A stretch of 64,000 nucleotides of DNA, taken from positions 2,752,001 through 2,816,000 of the forward strand of contig JASGHG010000001.1 in the NCBI GenBank assembly GCA_047602425.1, in the 5' to 3' direction. Source of the DNA: Nibricoccus sp. Its GTDB lineage: Bacteria > Verrucomicrobiota > Verrucomicrobiia > Opitutales > Opitutaceae. Position 1 is the stretch's first letter. Every line of letters begins with the position of its first letter. Shown here piece after piece: positions 28,981 to 38,502 of this stretch. The notes beneath the pieces were generated by a model that was not told the origin of the DNA, did no database searches, and saw nothing but the letters and a program-made list of their open reading frames with translations. Made by a program: the position numbers and the translations under genes.

Positions 28981-29245
28981 AAAGAAGAAGACGTGCTTCG
29001 ATAAGGTTTCTTAACGCGTTACTGCGAGCCAGCGAGTTGATTCTCCAGGCATCACGGAAGGGTTGGTTGTTGGGGTGGGTTGCGGTTATAAATTGAAACC
29101 GCCGCCTCAACGTTGGAGCGCTCGGGGGCGGCGGGGTTGGCCGGCAGCGTCGGCAGGTGCCGGTGGGTGTGGTATTGGCCGGCGGAAATCGCCGATGCAA
29201 AGTTCGACTGTTAAAGGCGGATCAAAGTTCCTGGATGTTCGATGT

Positions 29246-29419
29246 TCACAGTTCCGCGACCGTAGTGGCTGGTTGTGCGGGAGAAGTGGGCGCGACCGGA
29301 GCGACCTGAGTTTGCGCGACCGATGGAGTGGGCGTGCGATTGGCGGGATCGAAAACGGCAAGTAGGGCGCCGGCAAAAACGGTGGCAATCAGCAGCGGAA
29401 ACGAGAGTGAATCTTTCAT
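29246..29419 (-). CDS. Small 57-aa membrane-anchored Pro/Thr/Ala-rich protein (below the ORF-track cutoff)
   Basis: MKDSLSFPLLIATVFAGALLAVFDPANRTPTP...VAEL*; ECF-type promoter just upstream. Confidence 0.6.
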   Translation of the reverse strand: MKDSLSFPLLIATVFAGALLAVFDPANRTPTPSVAQTQVAPVAPTSPAQPATTVAEL

Positions 29420-29443
29420 GACGGATATGGTTTATATCCGGCC

Positions 29444-29471
29444 AGACGCAGTTTCGGGCGCCGGCGTTTCA
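29444..29471 (-). promoter_or_regulatory. Candidate ECF-sigma promoter TGAAAC-N17-CGTCT
   Basis: Same boxes and spacing as 720-747; 24 nt upstream of the small ORF. Confidence 0.55.
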
Positions 29472-29656
29472 AAGTTGCGCGAAAGAAAAAACGGAAAATT
29501 TCTGTGACGCGTGTAACTTTTTCCGTTCAGACCGTGTGCGGGACACCCGCTACCGCTTTCGGCTGTCTCATGAAGTTTGTCACGTAATACGTTACAAGCT
29601 GATCGCTAGAGCCAAAAACACGGATGAAGCGATTGAGTTAGGAAGAAGCGGAGCGG

Positions 29657-30238
29657 TTAGCTGCAGGTGGCTTCCTTCACGAGGGCGGCGAACGCTTCGG
29701 GCATGGCGATGGTGAGGGCAAGTTCCTGCGCGCGTGGACTCATCTTGCGCCAAGTCTTGCGGATGATGTCGACGTACTTTTCGCGGGTGTATTCGGCATG
29801 TTGCGTGGCGAAGTCGGCGATTTCGGTATCCAGAAAAACGAGACAGGCGGCGTCTTCGAGCGCTTGGGTGCCTGGATTGGTTTTCAATCCGGTCTTCGAG
29901 ACCCATGTTGCAACTTCTTCGGCTTCGGGAGCGGGTACGCCAGCCTGCACAAGGAGTTCGCGGGCGCGATCAGCTTGTTTTTTGTAGAGGGATTTTCTCC
30001 AGGCGTGATAGCCAGGTTTGTCGAGCGGGTAACTGGCGCGGGGCACGGACCAACGTTCAAGGTGTTGGCAGCGGGCGGCGAGGCGCAGGACCGGCGAAGC
30101 ATCGGGTGCGACTTGCGCGATCCACCGTTCCATATTGTCGGCGTAGGCTAGTTCGGCCGGTTGTCCGTTGGCGGTGCGCTTGGGGTCGGCGGAATGAGCC
30201 TGGTCGATCAGCGCGCGGGCTTTCTGATAATTTTCCAT
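29657..30238 (-). CDS. DUF4202 family protein
   Basis: ID.AH..DP, ELAY, LAARCQHLERW..PR..YP, QALEDAACLVF, KTWRKMS. Confidence 0.85.
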   Translation of the reverse strand: MENYQKARALIDQAHSADPKRTANGQPAELAYADNMERWIAQVAPDASPVLRLAARCQHLERWSVPRASYPLDKPGYHAWRKSLYKKQADRARELLVQAGVPAPEAEEVATWVSKTGLKTNPGTQALEDAACLVFLDTEIADFATQHAEYTREKYVDIIRKTWRKMSPRAQELALTIAMPEAFAALVKEATCS

Positions 30239-30247
30239 CGTCTCCGA

Positions 30248-30850
30248 CTATACGAGGGAGTCGCCAATGGAAAGCTCGGGTGCGCTTTTTTCGGCGCAGC
30301 GGTCGTAGAGTTCGCGAAGGGCTTCGCGGATATTGCCGCGGTGGTGTCGGTGCAGGCGATGGGCTTCGTGGCTGGAGAGATCGACGCCGAGCGAACTGAC
30401 AAGTTCTTGAAGGAGCTGAGGGGAAGTGACGCAGCGGTGCAGGACCGGCAGGCGATTGGCTCGATGGGTGGTTATGATCAGCATGCCGGCGCGGCGCGTG
30501 GCTCGCCGGAAGCGGAGCCACTGAAAGAGCGAGAGTTGTTCAGCTCCGTCGACCAGCACGGCATCGTTGGCGTCGAGCTTGTCAAAAAACGCCGCGTCGA
30601 AAACGGCGGACAGACGTGGCGATTCGGCGCTGAGACGGATGAGGGTCATGCGGCGTCCCGGGCGCGCAAGGCGGACCATGAGGTCTTCGAGGAGCGTGGT
30701 TTTACCCGAACCTTTTGGACCCACCAGGGCGCCGCGACCGCAATGGTAGTTGAGTTTTTCGATGAGAGGCGCCCAGGAGCTTTCATCGAGACGGTAGCGT
30801 TCGCGGAGTACGCGGTCGGTGGAGAACGGGTTCTCGCGGGCGGGAATCAT
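30248..30850 (-). CDS. Small P-loop/AAA+-like ATPase
   Basis: ENPF, Walker A GPKGSGKTT, Walker B VLVDG, GNIREAL lid. Confidence 0.75.
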   Translation of the reverse strand: MIPARENPFSTDRVLRERYRLDESSWAPLIEKLNYHCGRGALVGPKGSGKTTLLEDLMVRLARPGRRMTLIRLSAESPRLSAVFDAAFFDKLDANDAVLVDGAEQLSLFQWLRFRRATRRAGMLIITTHRANRLPVLHRCVTSPQLLQELVSSLGVDLSSHEAHRLHRHHRGNIREALRELYDRCAEKSAPELSIGDSLV

Positions 30851-30985
30851 GTTGTGGTTAGGGTGCGCGGCGTCGCGGGCAGAGGCTACGCAAGGCGGTG
30901 TGACGAAAGCGGGAAGGAGCGGCTGGAACCGCGCGCGGATGTTAAAGAAGCTGGATTGGAATAGACCGGGTTTCTGGCGGTTGGT

Positions 30986-31357
30986 TCACGCGTGGAGGAG
31001 AATTTCTTTTCCGCTGGGACTGAGAAAGAATTCGCAGCGGGCGGTGCGCGATTGTGGTTCGGCAACAAGTTCGACAGCCCAGATTAACGAAATGAGCTTG
31101 CCGGAAAACGACCAAGGAGAACGTGGGAGGGTAAAGCGAATCTTGGCTTCGCCAGCGGCGGCCTGGGCGGAAATTTGCTCGGTGGCGATGACCTCGACGT
31201 CCTCGGTGCCTTTGCCGCGCGTGTACCAGAAGAGACGCACCTCAAGGGACGTGGGCTTGGAGGACAGCGCCCAAAGCACGGAGAGTTCAAGCATCTCGCC
31301 GGGTTTAAAGGCGGTGCGGTTGTTGTCGATGAAAAGGCCGAGTTCGTCGTTGCTCAT
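30986..31357 (-). CDS. Hypothetical beta-sandwich (arrestin/Spo0M-like) protein
   Basis: PGE...VRLFWYTRGKG...F.LP..PWSFSGKLISLIW; ATGA overlap with the upstream gene. Confidence 0.7.
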   Translation of the reverse strand: MSNDELGLFIDNNRTAFKPGEMLELSVLWALSSKPTSLEVRLFWYTRGKGTEDVEVIATEQISAQAAAGEAKIRFTLPRSPWSFSGKLISLIWAVELVAEPQSRTARCEFFLSPSGKEILLHA

Positions 31358-33072
31358 TGGGTGGAGCCTCCGGGGGCGATTTCGTAGGAGAATTCCTCTT
31401 TCACATCGGGCCAGCGCGGGATGGTGCCATGGAGCTTAAGAGCCCAGATGATTTTGTTATTGGGCGCCTTGAAACTATGCATGGCGCCGGCCGGAATTTG
31501 GACTTTGGCGGAGCCGGCCTGCATCGCGGTCGGGTCGGTTGTATCTAACAATTGGATGCGGGAAAAAGTTTCCTTGTCGGTCGGCGTGTCGGTGCCACGA
31601 CGGTAAGTCGCCTCCTCGCGTCCCTCGAGCGAAAGCTGAAAGCGACTCAGGCGATCCGTACGGCCGGCGAATTCCCAGCTGACCTCAATCGTTTCGCCCG
31701 GACAAGCCACACCGCGGCTAACAGTGAGGCTTGGCCGCGGATTGAACAGCGCCATGCCCTGATAAACGACGCCGCCGATCAAGCCGAGTCCCACCGCGAC
31801 GAATGGCAGGAGAAACAGCCCCATGAAAAGACCGATGCCGCTCCATGTTTGATTGAGAAGAAAAACGGAAACAATGCCGTTCCAGAAGACAGCCATCACG
31901 AGGAGACCGATGAGCTTGGCCTTGGGCGAGGTGGTGGGTGCGAGCGTGCAAGGTCCGGATATTTCAAAGGATTCGAAAGCCGATTGGGATGCGCTGGACT
32001 GATGGCCGCGAGAGGATGGTTGTCGATGTGCGGATGACGACGCGCCGGACAGTTTGCCGCGCAAAACGGCGTAAATTCCGCCTCCGCCCACGAGGGCGAA
32101 GACAAAGGGAATAAGGCCAAACCATAAATTTGAGGTAAAGCCCCGGTCGAGCACCGCCGAGGAAGGCTGGGCTGGATCCACGTAGCAGGTGCGCTGGACT
32201 CCGGCGGGATATTGGCGCACCGCTTCGGCCTTTCCGTCATAGCCGCTGCTTGAACCAGTGAAGAAATGATAACGATTGGAGGTGTAGGTTCGGTTTTGGT
32301 GAGTGTAACGATAGACGATGTCGACACTGTACGTGCTGCCATCGGAGTCGGAATGGGTTCTGACGCGGCTGGAAAGTATTTGGCAAGGGACGGCGGTCCA
32401 GTCGCGGGCGGCGGCGATTTGGAAGACGGGGCGAAGGAAGAAACTGTAGCCGATGCCGAGGCCAACCAACAGGAAGATGCTAAAGAAACCGGCCATCACG
32501 AAACGGCTTTTTCCGGTATTACGCTCCTTGTTGGAAATGGGAATGGTGGAGCCGTCCTCGGTCTCCAGCTTTTTTCGCCAGAACCAGATGCCCCACAACC
32601 CGCCTGCGCCGACAGCGACAAAGATGAGCGGAAATAGCACCAATAATGCGCCGAACGGGCTTTTGCGCATGAGCACGGATTCGGCGCGGTCGCGGGGATT
32701 TACCCAGCATGGAACCTGGCTGCCGATGGAGAACTGTTCGGCGAGCTGATACGCGTCGCGGGTTTCGGGCGCTTCAGTGGTGCTATTATAGCGGCGGCTT
32801 TCGTACAGCGAGCCGCCGGAAACATAGGAATAGCGAACATGGAAAGTCGGATCGTCGTCGCTGCGGCGCGGCGGTTGGATTTCCGATGCGAGAATGGTGG
32901 CCTCGGTTTTCGTCCAACTGAAGGTGGCGAGGTTTTTGGCGGTTTGTTTGACGACCATAACCTCGAAGAAGAGGCCCATGAGAAAGAACACGCTGAAAAA
33001 AAGTGAGCCGGCGATCTTGCCGCCAAGGCCGAGGTTTTTCGCGGTGGAGCTGGTGCTAACGCCGATGACCAT
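31354..33072 (-). CDS. Membrane protein with two DUF3592-like domains
   Basis: Twice: TM-W....I..S...Y.Y...Y.S.RY...G....CWV.P..-TM; C-terminal soluble beta domain. Confidence 0.8.
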   Translation of the reverse strand: MVIGVSTSSTAKNLGLGGKIAGSLFFSVFFLMGLFFEVMVVKQTAKNLATFSWTKTEATILASEIQPPRRSDDDPTFHVRYSYVSGGSLYESRRYNSTTEAPETRDAYQLAEQFSIGSQVPCWVNPRDRAESVLMRKSPFGALLVLFPLIFVAVGAGGLWGIWFWRKKLETEDGSTIPISNKERNTGKSRFVMAGFFSIFLLVGLGIGYSFFLRPVFQIAAARDWTAVPCQILSSRVRTHSDSDGSTYSVDIVYRYTHQNRTYTSNRYHFFTGSSSGYDGKAEAVRQYPAGVQRTCYVDPAQPSSAVLDRGFTSNLWFGLIPFVFALVGGGGIYAVLRGKLSGASSSAHRQPSSRGHQSSASQSAFESFEISGPCTLAPTTSPKAKLIGLLVMAVFWNGIVSVFLLNQTWSGIGLFMGLFLLPFVAVGLGLIGGVVYQGMALFNPRPSLTVSRGVACPGETIEVSWEFAGRTDRLSRFQLSLEGREEATYRRGTDTPTDKETFSRIQLLDTTDPTAMQAGSAKVQIPAGAMHSFKAPNNKIIWALKLHGTIPRWPDVKEEFSYEIAPGGSTQ

Positions 33073-33198
33073 AAGGGGAGGTTAGGCTAAAATTGGGGTG
33101 GGTGGCTAGGAAAAGGCGTTTTGGTACCCAGTTGTTACAGACGAAGAGGTCGGCAAGAAAAATTGCCGGAAGCGCAAGCCCACGGCGGCCCGGGCAGA

Positions 33199-33230
33199 AA
33201 TAAAAAGCGCGTTGCAGGATGGCAACGCGC
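33199..33230 (-). terminator. Intrinsic terminator of the fliS operon
   Basis: GCGCGTTGC-N6-GCAACGCGC followed by TTTTTATT on the - strand. Confidence 0.75.
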
Positions 33231-33260
33231 GGCAGATTGGGGAGAGCAATAGGTTTGGCT

Positions 33261-33656
33261 TTAAGCCTCGGCAGCGAGGGCGGCGGACGGTCGGAGGCCT
33301 TGCTCGGGCATACTGGGGCCACTGTAGACGGGGCGGAGGCGCTTGGCCCGGGTTTGGGCGGTGGCGATTTTCTCAAGCTCCTTTTGCGTTTCGTCGAGCC
33401 GGGCTGAAAGGCGCTCGTAATGGGCTTGCCGGCTTTTTAGCAACTCGTGCAAACGGAGTTGAATGCTCTTTTCCAAGGTCTGGGCGACGTTGGGTCCGAC
33501 GAGTAGTTCGGCAATCTTGCGCACGAGTGGCATGGCGCGTTGTTGCACGGCGGTGGACTCGACGTAGAAGCCGCTTTCGAACAGAGTCTCCTCTTCGCGG
33601 GTGAGGGTTTCGAGCGCGGTGAGGAGCCGGGCGATGGTCTGGTGCGGGGTCTCCAT
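33261..33656 (-). CDS. Helical flagellar export-chaperone-like protein (FlgN/FliT-like)
   Basis: 131-aa all-helical ORF directly downstream of fliS; assignment by context. Confidence 0.5.
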   Translation of the reverse strand: METPHQTIARLLTALETLTREEETLFESGFYVESTAVQQRAMPLVRKIAELLVGPNVAQTLEKSIQLRLHELLKSRQAHYERLSARLDETQKELEKIATAQTRAKRLRPVYSGPSMPEQGLRPSAALAAEA

Positions 33657-33673
33657 AGGTTGCGGTCGGCGAT

Positions 33674-34108
33674 TCAGGCGACGCCTTGGGCGTGTTTCTG
33701 ACGTTCGGATTCGTGAGCGCAGAGCATTTCAGCCCAGCCATCGCGGAGCTGACGGACGAGGCGTTCGACTTCGTCCACGGGTTCAATTTGCTTCTTAAGA
33801 TTGGCCTCGAAAAGACGGCGGACGTAGTAGTCGTAGAGTCGATCCAAATTGGCGGCGTGATCGCCACCGACCTCGTGGTTCAAGTTGGCCTGCAGCTCGA
33901 CGAGAATGTTCTGAGCTTTGATGAGATTGCTGTTGATGATCTCGATGCGACGCGGCGTTTCCTCGGGTTGTTGCAGGGCATCACGGGCAAGGCCGATGAA
34001 GCGAAGGGCGCCGTCATAAAGCATCAAGACGAGCCGTTCCGGGCTGGCAGTCAGCACCGCCTGGGTTTGATAGCTGCGTGCATATCCTTGGGCCGTTTGC
34101 GGAAGCAT
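33674..34108 (-). CDS. fliS: Flagellin export chaperone FliS
   Basis: Y....V.TASP.RLVLMLYDGA, NL..LYDY, LRDGW. Confidence 0.95.
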   Translation of the reverse strand: MLPQTAQGYARSYQTQAVLTASPERLVLMLYDGALRFIGLARDALQQPEETPRRIEIINSNLIKAQNILVELQANLNHEVGGDHAANLDRLYDYYVRRLFEANLKKQIEPVDEVERLVRQLRDGWAEMLCAHESERQKHAQGVA

Positions 34109-34119
34109 GGCAGGGACAC

Positions 34120-34410
34120 TCAGGAGGGGATGGAAAGGTCGCGCGAGTCGACGAAGAGTTTTGCGAGGGACTCGATAATCTGGCGCGGCGGATAAGTGGG
34201 ATCGATGGCGAGGGATTTGCCGCGTGCAACCATCTGGGGACGAATTTCGGAGGTCTGAGCGAGCGCTTCGCGGAGGCTTTGGGTATTCGCGCTGGAAAGC
34301 GTGTCGCGATTGGCGGCTTGGGCCGGTGCGGCGGGCGTCTTCTGGCCGTTCGATTGGGAGAGGGCGTCCGTCCGGAAGAAGCCGGAGGAATTAGACGTAG
34401 GTTGTATCAT
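34120..34410 (-). CDS. FlgM-like anti-sigma28 factor
   Basis: DTLSS...EIRPQMVARGK....PTYP...LA fits the FlgM C-terminal pattern; sigma28-like promoter upstream. Confidence 0.55.
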   Translation of the reverse strand: MIQPTSNSSGFFRTDALSQSNGQKTPAAPAQAANRDTLSSANTQSLREALAQTSEIRPQMVARGKSLAIDPTYPPRQIIESLAKLFVDSRDLSIPS

Positions 34411-34485
34411 GGAATGTCCAGGAATGAACGGTCAGCCCGAAAGGGAAGCGATACAGGGAACGCCGTTAGTTTTTTGCTAAGCTGT

Positions 34486-34512
34486 AAATCGACGTTTGAG
34501 AGGCGGACTTAA
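34486..34512 (-). promoter_or_regulatory. Candidate sigma28 promoter of flgM-like/fliS
   Basis: TTAA-N15-GTCGATTT versus consensus TAAA-N15-GCCGATAA. Confidence 0.55.
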
Positions 34513-34621
34513 GGCGAAAATGCCAAGATTTTACAAGTAGCTGCAAAACGACGACTTGGGGTGTTTTCCTTATTTTTAACCGAATGAAAGCAAAGCTTTA
34601 ACGTAGTGCGAAAGCGTTTTC

Positions 34622-35287
34622 TCAACGCGGGGGAAGCGTGGCAAAAGTGGCCGCGGCGACGTAGCCGGCGAAGCGCTCGGGATTTTGCAGAATGGTATGG
34701 CTGAGATTGGTGCGGCCGCGATCGGTGCCCAGTTTTTCGGCGTGGCGGCGGGCGGAGTTGGCGACGGCGGGTTCGGCGGAAGCGAAAAGGTTGTCGGCCG
34801 CCCAGATGATTTCGCTGTTGCTGCTTCGGGCGAGTTTGGTCCGCAGGCCGATGGTCAGCGGGGTGTAGGGCGAGTACGCGGTCACATCGATGAAGAGCAC
34901 GGCATCGGCTCCATAGGAATTATTGAGGCTGAAAAGTTTTTCGAGGAGGACGGCGGGAATATTTTCGACGGAACTGATTTGTCGCAGGCCGGTGAGATTG
35001 GCGAGGGTCTGGCGAGAGAGCGGAACAACCTCGAATTTGGCGGTTCGGCTAAGTTCGGCTTGGCAAACGGTGTCCAGGGTGGCGAGGGTTTCCGCGGTGA
35101 TTTGAGAGCCGCCCCAGACGGGAAGCACGATGACCCGGCGGATTTCGGCGGGAATGCGGGCGACACCGGTAACATTGGCCGGCGTGTAGAAAGGTCCGGT
35201 GACCGCGCCGTCGCGGGACGGAAGGGCGGAGCAGGCGGCGAGGAGGAGAGTGAGCAGGGCCAGGGAAGTGATGCGGAGCAGGCTCAT
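34622..35287 (-). CDS. Lipoprotein downstream of fliD (possible CsgG/FlgO-like fold)
   Basis: Lipobox LAAC; RRVIVLP, GADAVLF, IIWA. Confidence 0.65.
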   Translation of the reverse strand: MSLLRITSLALLTLLLAACSALPSRDGAVTGPFYTPANVTGVARIPAEIRRVIVLPVWGGSQITAETLATLDTVCQAELSRTAKFEVVPLSRQTLANLTGLRQISSVENIPAVLLEKLFSLNNSYGADAVLFIDVTAYSPYTPLTIGLRTKLARSSNSEIIWAADNLFASAEPAVANSARRHAEKLGTDRGRTNLSHTILQNPERFAGYVAAATFATLPPR

Positions 35288-35343
35288 GCGGGGATGGTGG
35301 CGATCGGTCTTGAGAGGGGCAAGGCTGCGTCGGAGGCCTAAAA

Positions 35344-37107
35344 TCAGTTATTGTTGGACGATTTCTCGAAGGAGTTTTTCAGGGTCTTGATAATCGACTG
35401 GGCGTTGGATTGCGCGGTCTGCATGGCTTGGAAGCTGGCAGTGAGGCGGGCTTTCTCGGCGTCGAGCCGGCGCTGAATCTGGTCGATTTGTTTATCGATG
35501 CTCGCATTGGAATTGAGCAAACGATCCGACATGGAAGTCAGCGCACCGTTGGACATGCCCGCGTTGCCCGCGAGGCTGGTAAGGTAAGTGTCCATCATCG
35601 CGGAAAAACCGGTGGTCGCGGTGTTGAAGAAGGCGGCGACGTCGTTGGGCTTGCTTTCCAACGCGGTTTGCAGCTTGGCGTTGTCCTTAATGGTGAGCAG
35701 ATTGCTCGTACCGTTGAAATCGATCCCGAGGTCGGCCAGGCGGGAAACGGTGCCTGAAAGCCCGGAAATCGAGGAGAACGCCTTGGCGCGGAGTTTGGAC
35801 GCCCAAGAGTCGATTTCTTTGAAATCGCTGAGCGTGGAAGTGGTAACGGTGCCGTTCTTGACGGTGATGGACGTCTGGAGATCGATGTAGGTCTGAACGG
35901 CGTTATATTTGTCGATAAAGGTTTGGACGGCACTTTTCATCGACGCCGTGTCGCCGGCGACGGTGATGGTCTGGGAGCCTTCGGTGGTGGCTTTGACGGT
36001 GAGGCCGGTGATTCTGGTAAGGCTGCTGGAGAACGTGTTGCTGGCGCTGGTCAGGGTCGAACCACCATTTATCGAAAAAAGGGCGTTTTTTCCGCGCGCG
36101 GTGGCGGCGCCCGAGCTGGTCATGCTCAGGCCGACGGCATCGAGGAAGCCACCGGCGGTTTCGCTAAGGCCGAAGCCCATGTCGCCGGTGGAATTGTTGG
36201 TGAGGACCATGCGGTCCGAGGCGGAGTCGTACGAGGCGGTGACGCCGGCCGAGGAGGCATTGATGCGGGCGATGACGTCGGAAAGGGAATCGGTGTTGAT
36301 GTTGTAGGCGATGGCGGTGCCGTTGATGGAGAACGAACCGTTGCCCGAGCCATCGACCGCGGTGATCGCATTTTTCAGGCGGGAGCTGGCCAGAGGCAAA
36401 GTGGTGCTGGTGGCGCCGAGGGCATTGGCGCTGGAGATGGCGCCGGTGCCGTTATTGGCAAGCTGGGCGGCGGCGAGGAAATTCGAGGAGTCGTTGGCGC
36501 CGCCGAGAATAATTTCCGAACCACTGCTTAGGGATATTTTATCGGTGGCGGAATCATAGCTGCCGGTGACGGCGCCGCTCGTGGCGGTGGAAATTTTGTC
36601 GAAAACGTCCTGGAGCGAGTCGGTCAATGCGACGGTGATGGTGGCGCCATTGACGGTGAAAGTGCCGGCGGTCACCTTGGTCGCGGTCGGCATGGTGGCG
36701 AGGGTGACGCCCGAAACGTCGTTCGTTGCGCTGAGCGATGCGGCGATGTGGCTGGTGCCGGAACGTTTGCTGGCGGTGGCGAGCTGGGTGACGTTGAAAG
36801 TGTAAGCGCCCAAGGTGGCGCCGGTGGCGGCAGTGAGGGACCACGTGGAGTTGGTGGTCGAGGAACTGACGCTGCGACTGGTGAAAAGACCGTTCGCGGA
36901 AAGCGCCTTGGTGGCGGTCTGCAGATCCGTCAGGTTGGTTTTGAGGACGCCGAGCGCGGAAATTTTTTCGCTGTTGATGGATTGTTCGGACTCGAGCTTC
37001 GAGATGGGAGCGCTGTCGATGGCGATGATCTGCTCTACGAAGGTTTGCCAGTCAAAGGAACTGCCGGTGAGCGACGAAGAGAGGGAAGTGGTATTGATCG
37101 CTGTCAT
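35344..37107 (-). CDS. fliD: Flagellar filament cap protein FliD
   Basis: N-terminal D....VEQII, VTQLATA, FIDKYN, LADLGI, C-terminal F.AMQ coiled coil. Confidence 0.92.
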   Translation of the reverse strand: MTAINTTSLSSSLTGSSFDWQTFVEQIIAIDSAPISKLESEQSINSEKISALGVLKTNLTDLQTATKALSANGLFTSRSVSSSTTNSTWSLTAATGATLGAYTFNVTQLATASKRSGTSHIAASLSATNDVSGVTLATMPTATKVTAGTFTVNGATITVALTDSLQDVFDKISTATSGAVTGSYDSATDKISLSSGSEIILGGANDSSNFLAAAQLANNGTGAISSANALGATSTTLPLASSRLKNAITAVDGSGNGSFSINGTAIAYNINTDSLSDVIARINASSAGVTASYDSASDRMVLTNNSTGDMGFGLSETAGGFLDAVGLSMTSSGAATARGKNALFSINGGSTLTSASNTFSSSLTRITGLTVKATTEGSQTITVAGDTASMKSAVQTFIDKYNAVQTYIDLQTSITVKNGTVTTSTLSDFKEIDSWASKLRAKAFSSISGLSGTVSRLADLGIDFNGTSNLLTIKDNAKLQTALESKPNDVAAFFNTATTGFSAMMDTYLTSLAGNAGMSNGALTSMSDRLLNSNASIDKQIDQIQRRLDAEKARLTASFQAMQTAQSNAQSIIKTLKNSFEKSSNNN

Positions 37108-37153
37108 GACGGGATAGGGATTTGGCGGAGACTACACAATTTGGTTAAGAGCG

Positions 37154-37180
37154 GCATCGTCACAACGGTGGCGAACTTGA
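37154..37180 (-). promoter_or_regulatory. Candidate sigma28 promoter of fliD
   Basis: TCAA-N15-GACGATGC. Confidence 0.5.
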
Positions 37181-37386
37181 GGGCGCTCGTTGTAAGTGGC
37201 GTTATATAATGCGCTTGCGATGTACGGGGTATTCCCCTGGCAAAAATTAGGGTGGTTCGTCCAGTTCGGGCGGCTTTTTTTTGGGAAAAAGCGCGCGAGA
37301 ATTCCGGCGGGCCGGTTTGTATTTCGAGTTCAACTACGTTCTGGCGAGTGGTTTCGGAGGGAAATGCAAATTTTTTGTTTTTCGAC

Positions 37387-37414
37387 TAAAGGTTTCACCC
37401 CAGACGACCGTTAT
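37387..37414 (+). promoter_or_regulatory. Candidate sigma28 promoter of flagellin 1
   Basis: TAAAGGTT...ACCGTTAT (TAAA-N16). Confidence 0.45.
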
Positions 37415-37440
37415 TTTGTGCATCTGCGATAACCTCGTAG

Positions 37441-37512
37441 ACGGAGCGGCCCGACTCCACCTTCGGTCCCGTCGCCACACGGAAGTGGCAGTTTAAATCA
37501 AGGAAGATCACC
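37441..37512 (+). promoter_or_regulatory. Flagellin 1 leader with three ANGGA (CsrA-type) sites
   Basis: ACGGA at 37441; hairpin GCCAC-ACGGAA-GTGGC at 37474-37489; AAGGA at the RBS (37500). Confidence 0.6.
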
Positions 37513-38277
37513 ATGTCAGTCGTCATTAATACCAATTCCGCCGCCACGATTGCTGCAAACAATCTGGCCGCATCCAGTGGCAACCTCCAAAAGAGCCTCA
37601 ACCGGCTCTCGAGCGGTTCGAAAATCGTTAGTCCGGCGGATGACGCCGGTGGCTTGGCAGTGTCGATGAAATTATCCGCTGCAGCCCGCCGCCAGGGCGC
37701 TATCGCCAACAACATCAGCAACGCCACGGCCTTCTTGCAGACGCAGGACGGCGCCATGAAGGTGTCCAGCAAAGTGCTCGAGCGCATGAGCGAACTCGTC
37801 ACTCTCTACACCGACGTCACGAAATCCAGCAACGACCTTGCTAACTATAACACAGAGTTCACCGCGTTGAACGCCCAGCTCGCCCTTCTCGGCAACGAGC
37901 AGTTCAACAGCAAGAATCTGTTCGGCACCGCGTTGACCGTGGTCGCCAACGACGCCGGCGGCACGATCTCGCTGTCGTCCAAGACCGCTGTGGGTGCGCA
38001 GTTGATCACCAACGGTGCGGGCATCCTAACCGCGATTCAGTCCCTGGCCACCGACCGCGCCGCCAACGGTGCGGAACAGAGCCAGCTGAGCTTCGCTGCG
38101 GACATGGTGACCACCAACAAGGCCAATATCGAAGCCGCCAACAGCCGCATCCTCGATGTGGACGTTGCCGAGGAATCGACCCAGCTGGCGCGTTGGAACA
38201 CCTTGGTTCAGGCTGGCACCTCGATGCTTGCCCAGGCCAACAGTTCCGCGCAGACCGCGCTGAAACTCCTGCAGTAA
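37513..38277 (+). CDS. fliC: Flagellin 1 (254 aa)
   Basis: INTN, RLSSG.KI....DDAGG, SRI.DVDVA, MLAQAN. Confidence 0.97.
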   Translation: MSVVINTNSAATIAANNLAASSGNLQKSLNRLSSGSKIVSPADDAGGLAVSMKLSAAARRQGAIANNISNATAFLQTQDGAMKVSSKVLERMSELVTLYTDVTKSSNDLANYNTEFTALNAQLALLGNEQFNSKNLFGTALTVVANDAGGTISLSSKTAVGAQLITNGAGILTAIQSLATDRAANGAEQSQLSFAADMVTTNKANIEAANSRILDVDVAEESTQLARWNTLVQAGTSMLAQANSSAQTALKLLQ

Positions 38278-38502
38278 TACGCAGCCGATCTTCCTTTCGC
38301 AGCCGCCTGATTCGCCAAGTCAGGCGGGCTCGAGGAAGCCGGAGTAGGGGAGAGTCCCCAAGGTTTCAGGTAAGATCACCCGGACGGTGCTTTTCGCCAA
38401 AACTGTACCCAGTCCGTTCCGAAAACAGGTGCGTTCTTTTGATTACCACTAGCAGCCAGTAACCCCTCGCAGGGTGACAATTTCGGGGCTTGTGCCCCAA
38501 AA

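Noticed and set aside
29099..29134. GC-rich hairpin as a riboswitch or REP element
   Set aside because: Single copy in the window and no aptamer consensus recognised
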